Positions 63,909 to 64,000 of a stretch of 64,000 bases of DNA are shown here, piece by piece. Source of the stretch: Malacoraja senta (Eukaryota); NCBI GenBank assembly GCA_038087875.1, contig CM075991.1:4960001-5024000 (forward strand), read 5' to 3'. How positions within the stretch are numbered: position 1 is the first letter of the stretch; every line of letters starts with the position of its first letter. The position numbers and the translations under genes are program-made. The notes under the pieces are model-generated. The model ran no database searches and had not been told where the DNA came from. It saw nothing but the letters and a program-made list of their open reading frames with translations.

Positions 63909-64000
63909 GCAAGTTTTTTTTTAATCAAGTTGGTGGTTTTATAAATCCATTCTTAGAATTTACTCTGTCAAATGTTCTACCTGTCAGTCTATTTACAGCA

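Larger units (their letters stand above)
44320..64000 (+). repeat. Tandem segmental duplication array, units of about 4.2-5.6 kb, each with one GPCR
   Basis: Start-to-start spacings are 4538, 4816, 4217 and 5616 bp. Intergenic DNA, including the same TE fragments, recurs almost verbatim. Confidence 0.95.

Overview
Repeat-rich vertebrate genomic DNA with one 200-N assembly gap. It is most likely from a cartilaginous fish (skate/ray); this is inferred from the CR1/tRNA-SINE/Penelope repeat landscape. Three multi-exon gene families were reconstructed by hand; the ORF track largely misses them. (1) At 0.76-15.6 kb on the minus strand is a cluster of four beta-microseminoprotein (MSMB/PSP94)-like copies. 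Three are damaged; one has intact exons 1-3, with exon 4 probably lost in the gap. (2) At 30.8-43.8 kb on the plus strand is a CD163/WC1-like group-B SRCR membrane receptor: 3 SRCR exons, a linker, a TM exon and 3 cytoplasmic exons with YEEI and YVN motifs. It carries lesions and no 5' exons were found. (3) At 44.6-64 kb on the plus strand is a young tandem array of two-exon GPR139/GPR142-like class A GPCRs: 3 intact 331-aa genes, 1 pseudogene and 1 partial copy. Between these lie CR1, Rex1/Babar, Tx1 and Penelope retroelement fragments, nested DIRS elements, a Gypsy LTR end, a non-autonomous Helitron carrying two minisatellites, and a Harbinger-like MITE. All family assignments come from motif recognition, not database searches.
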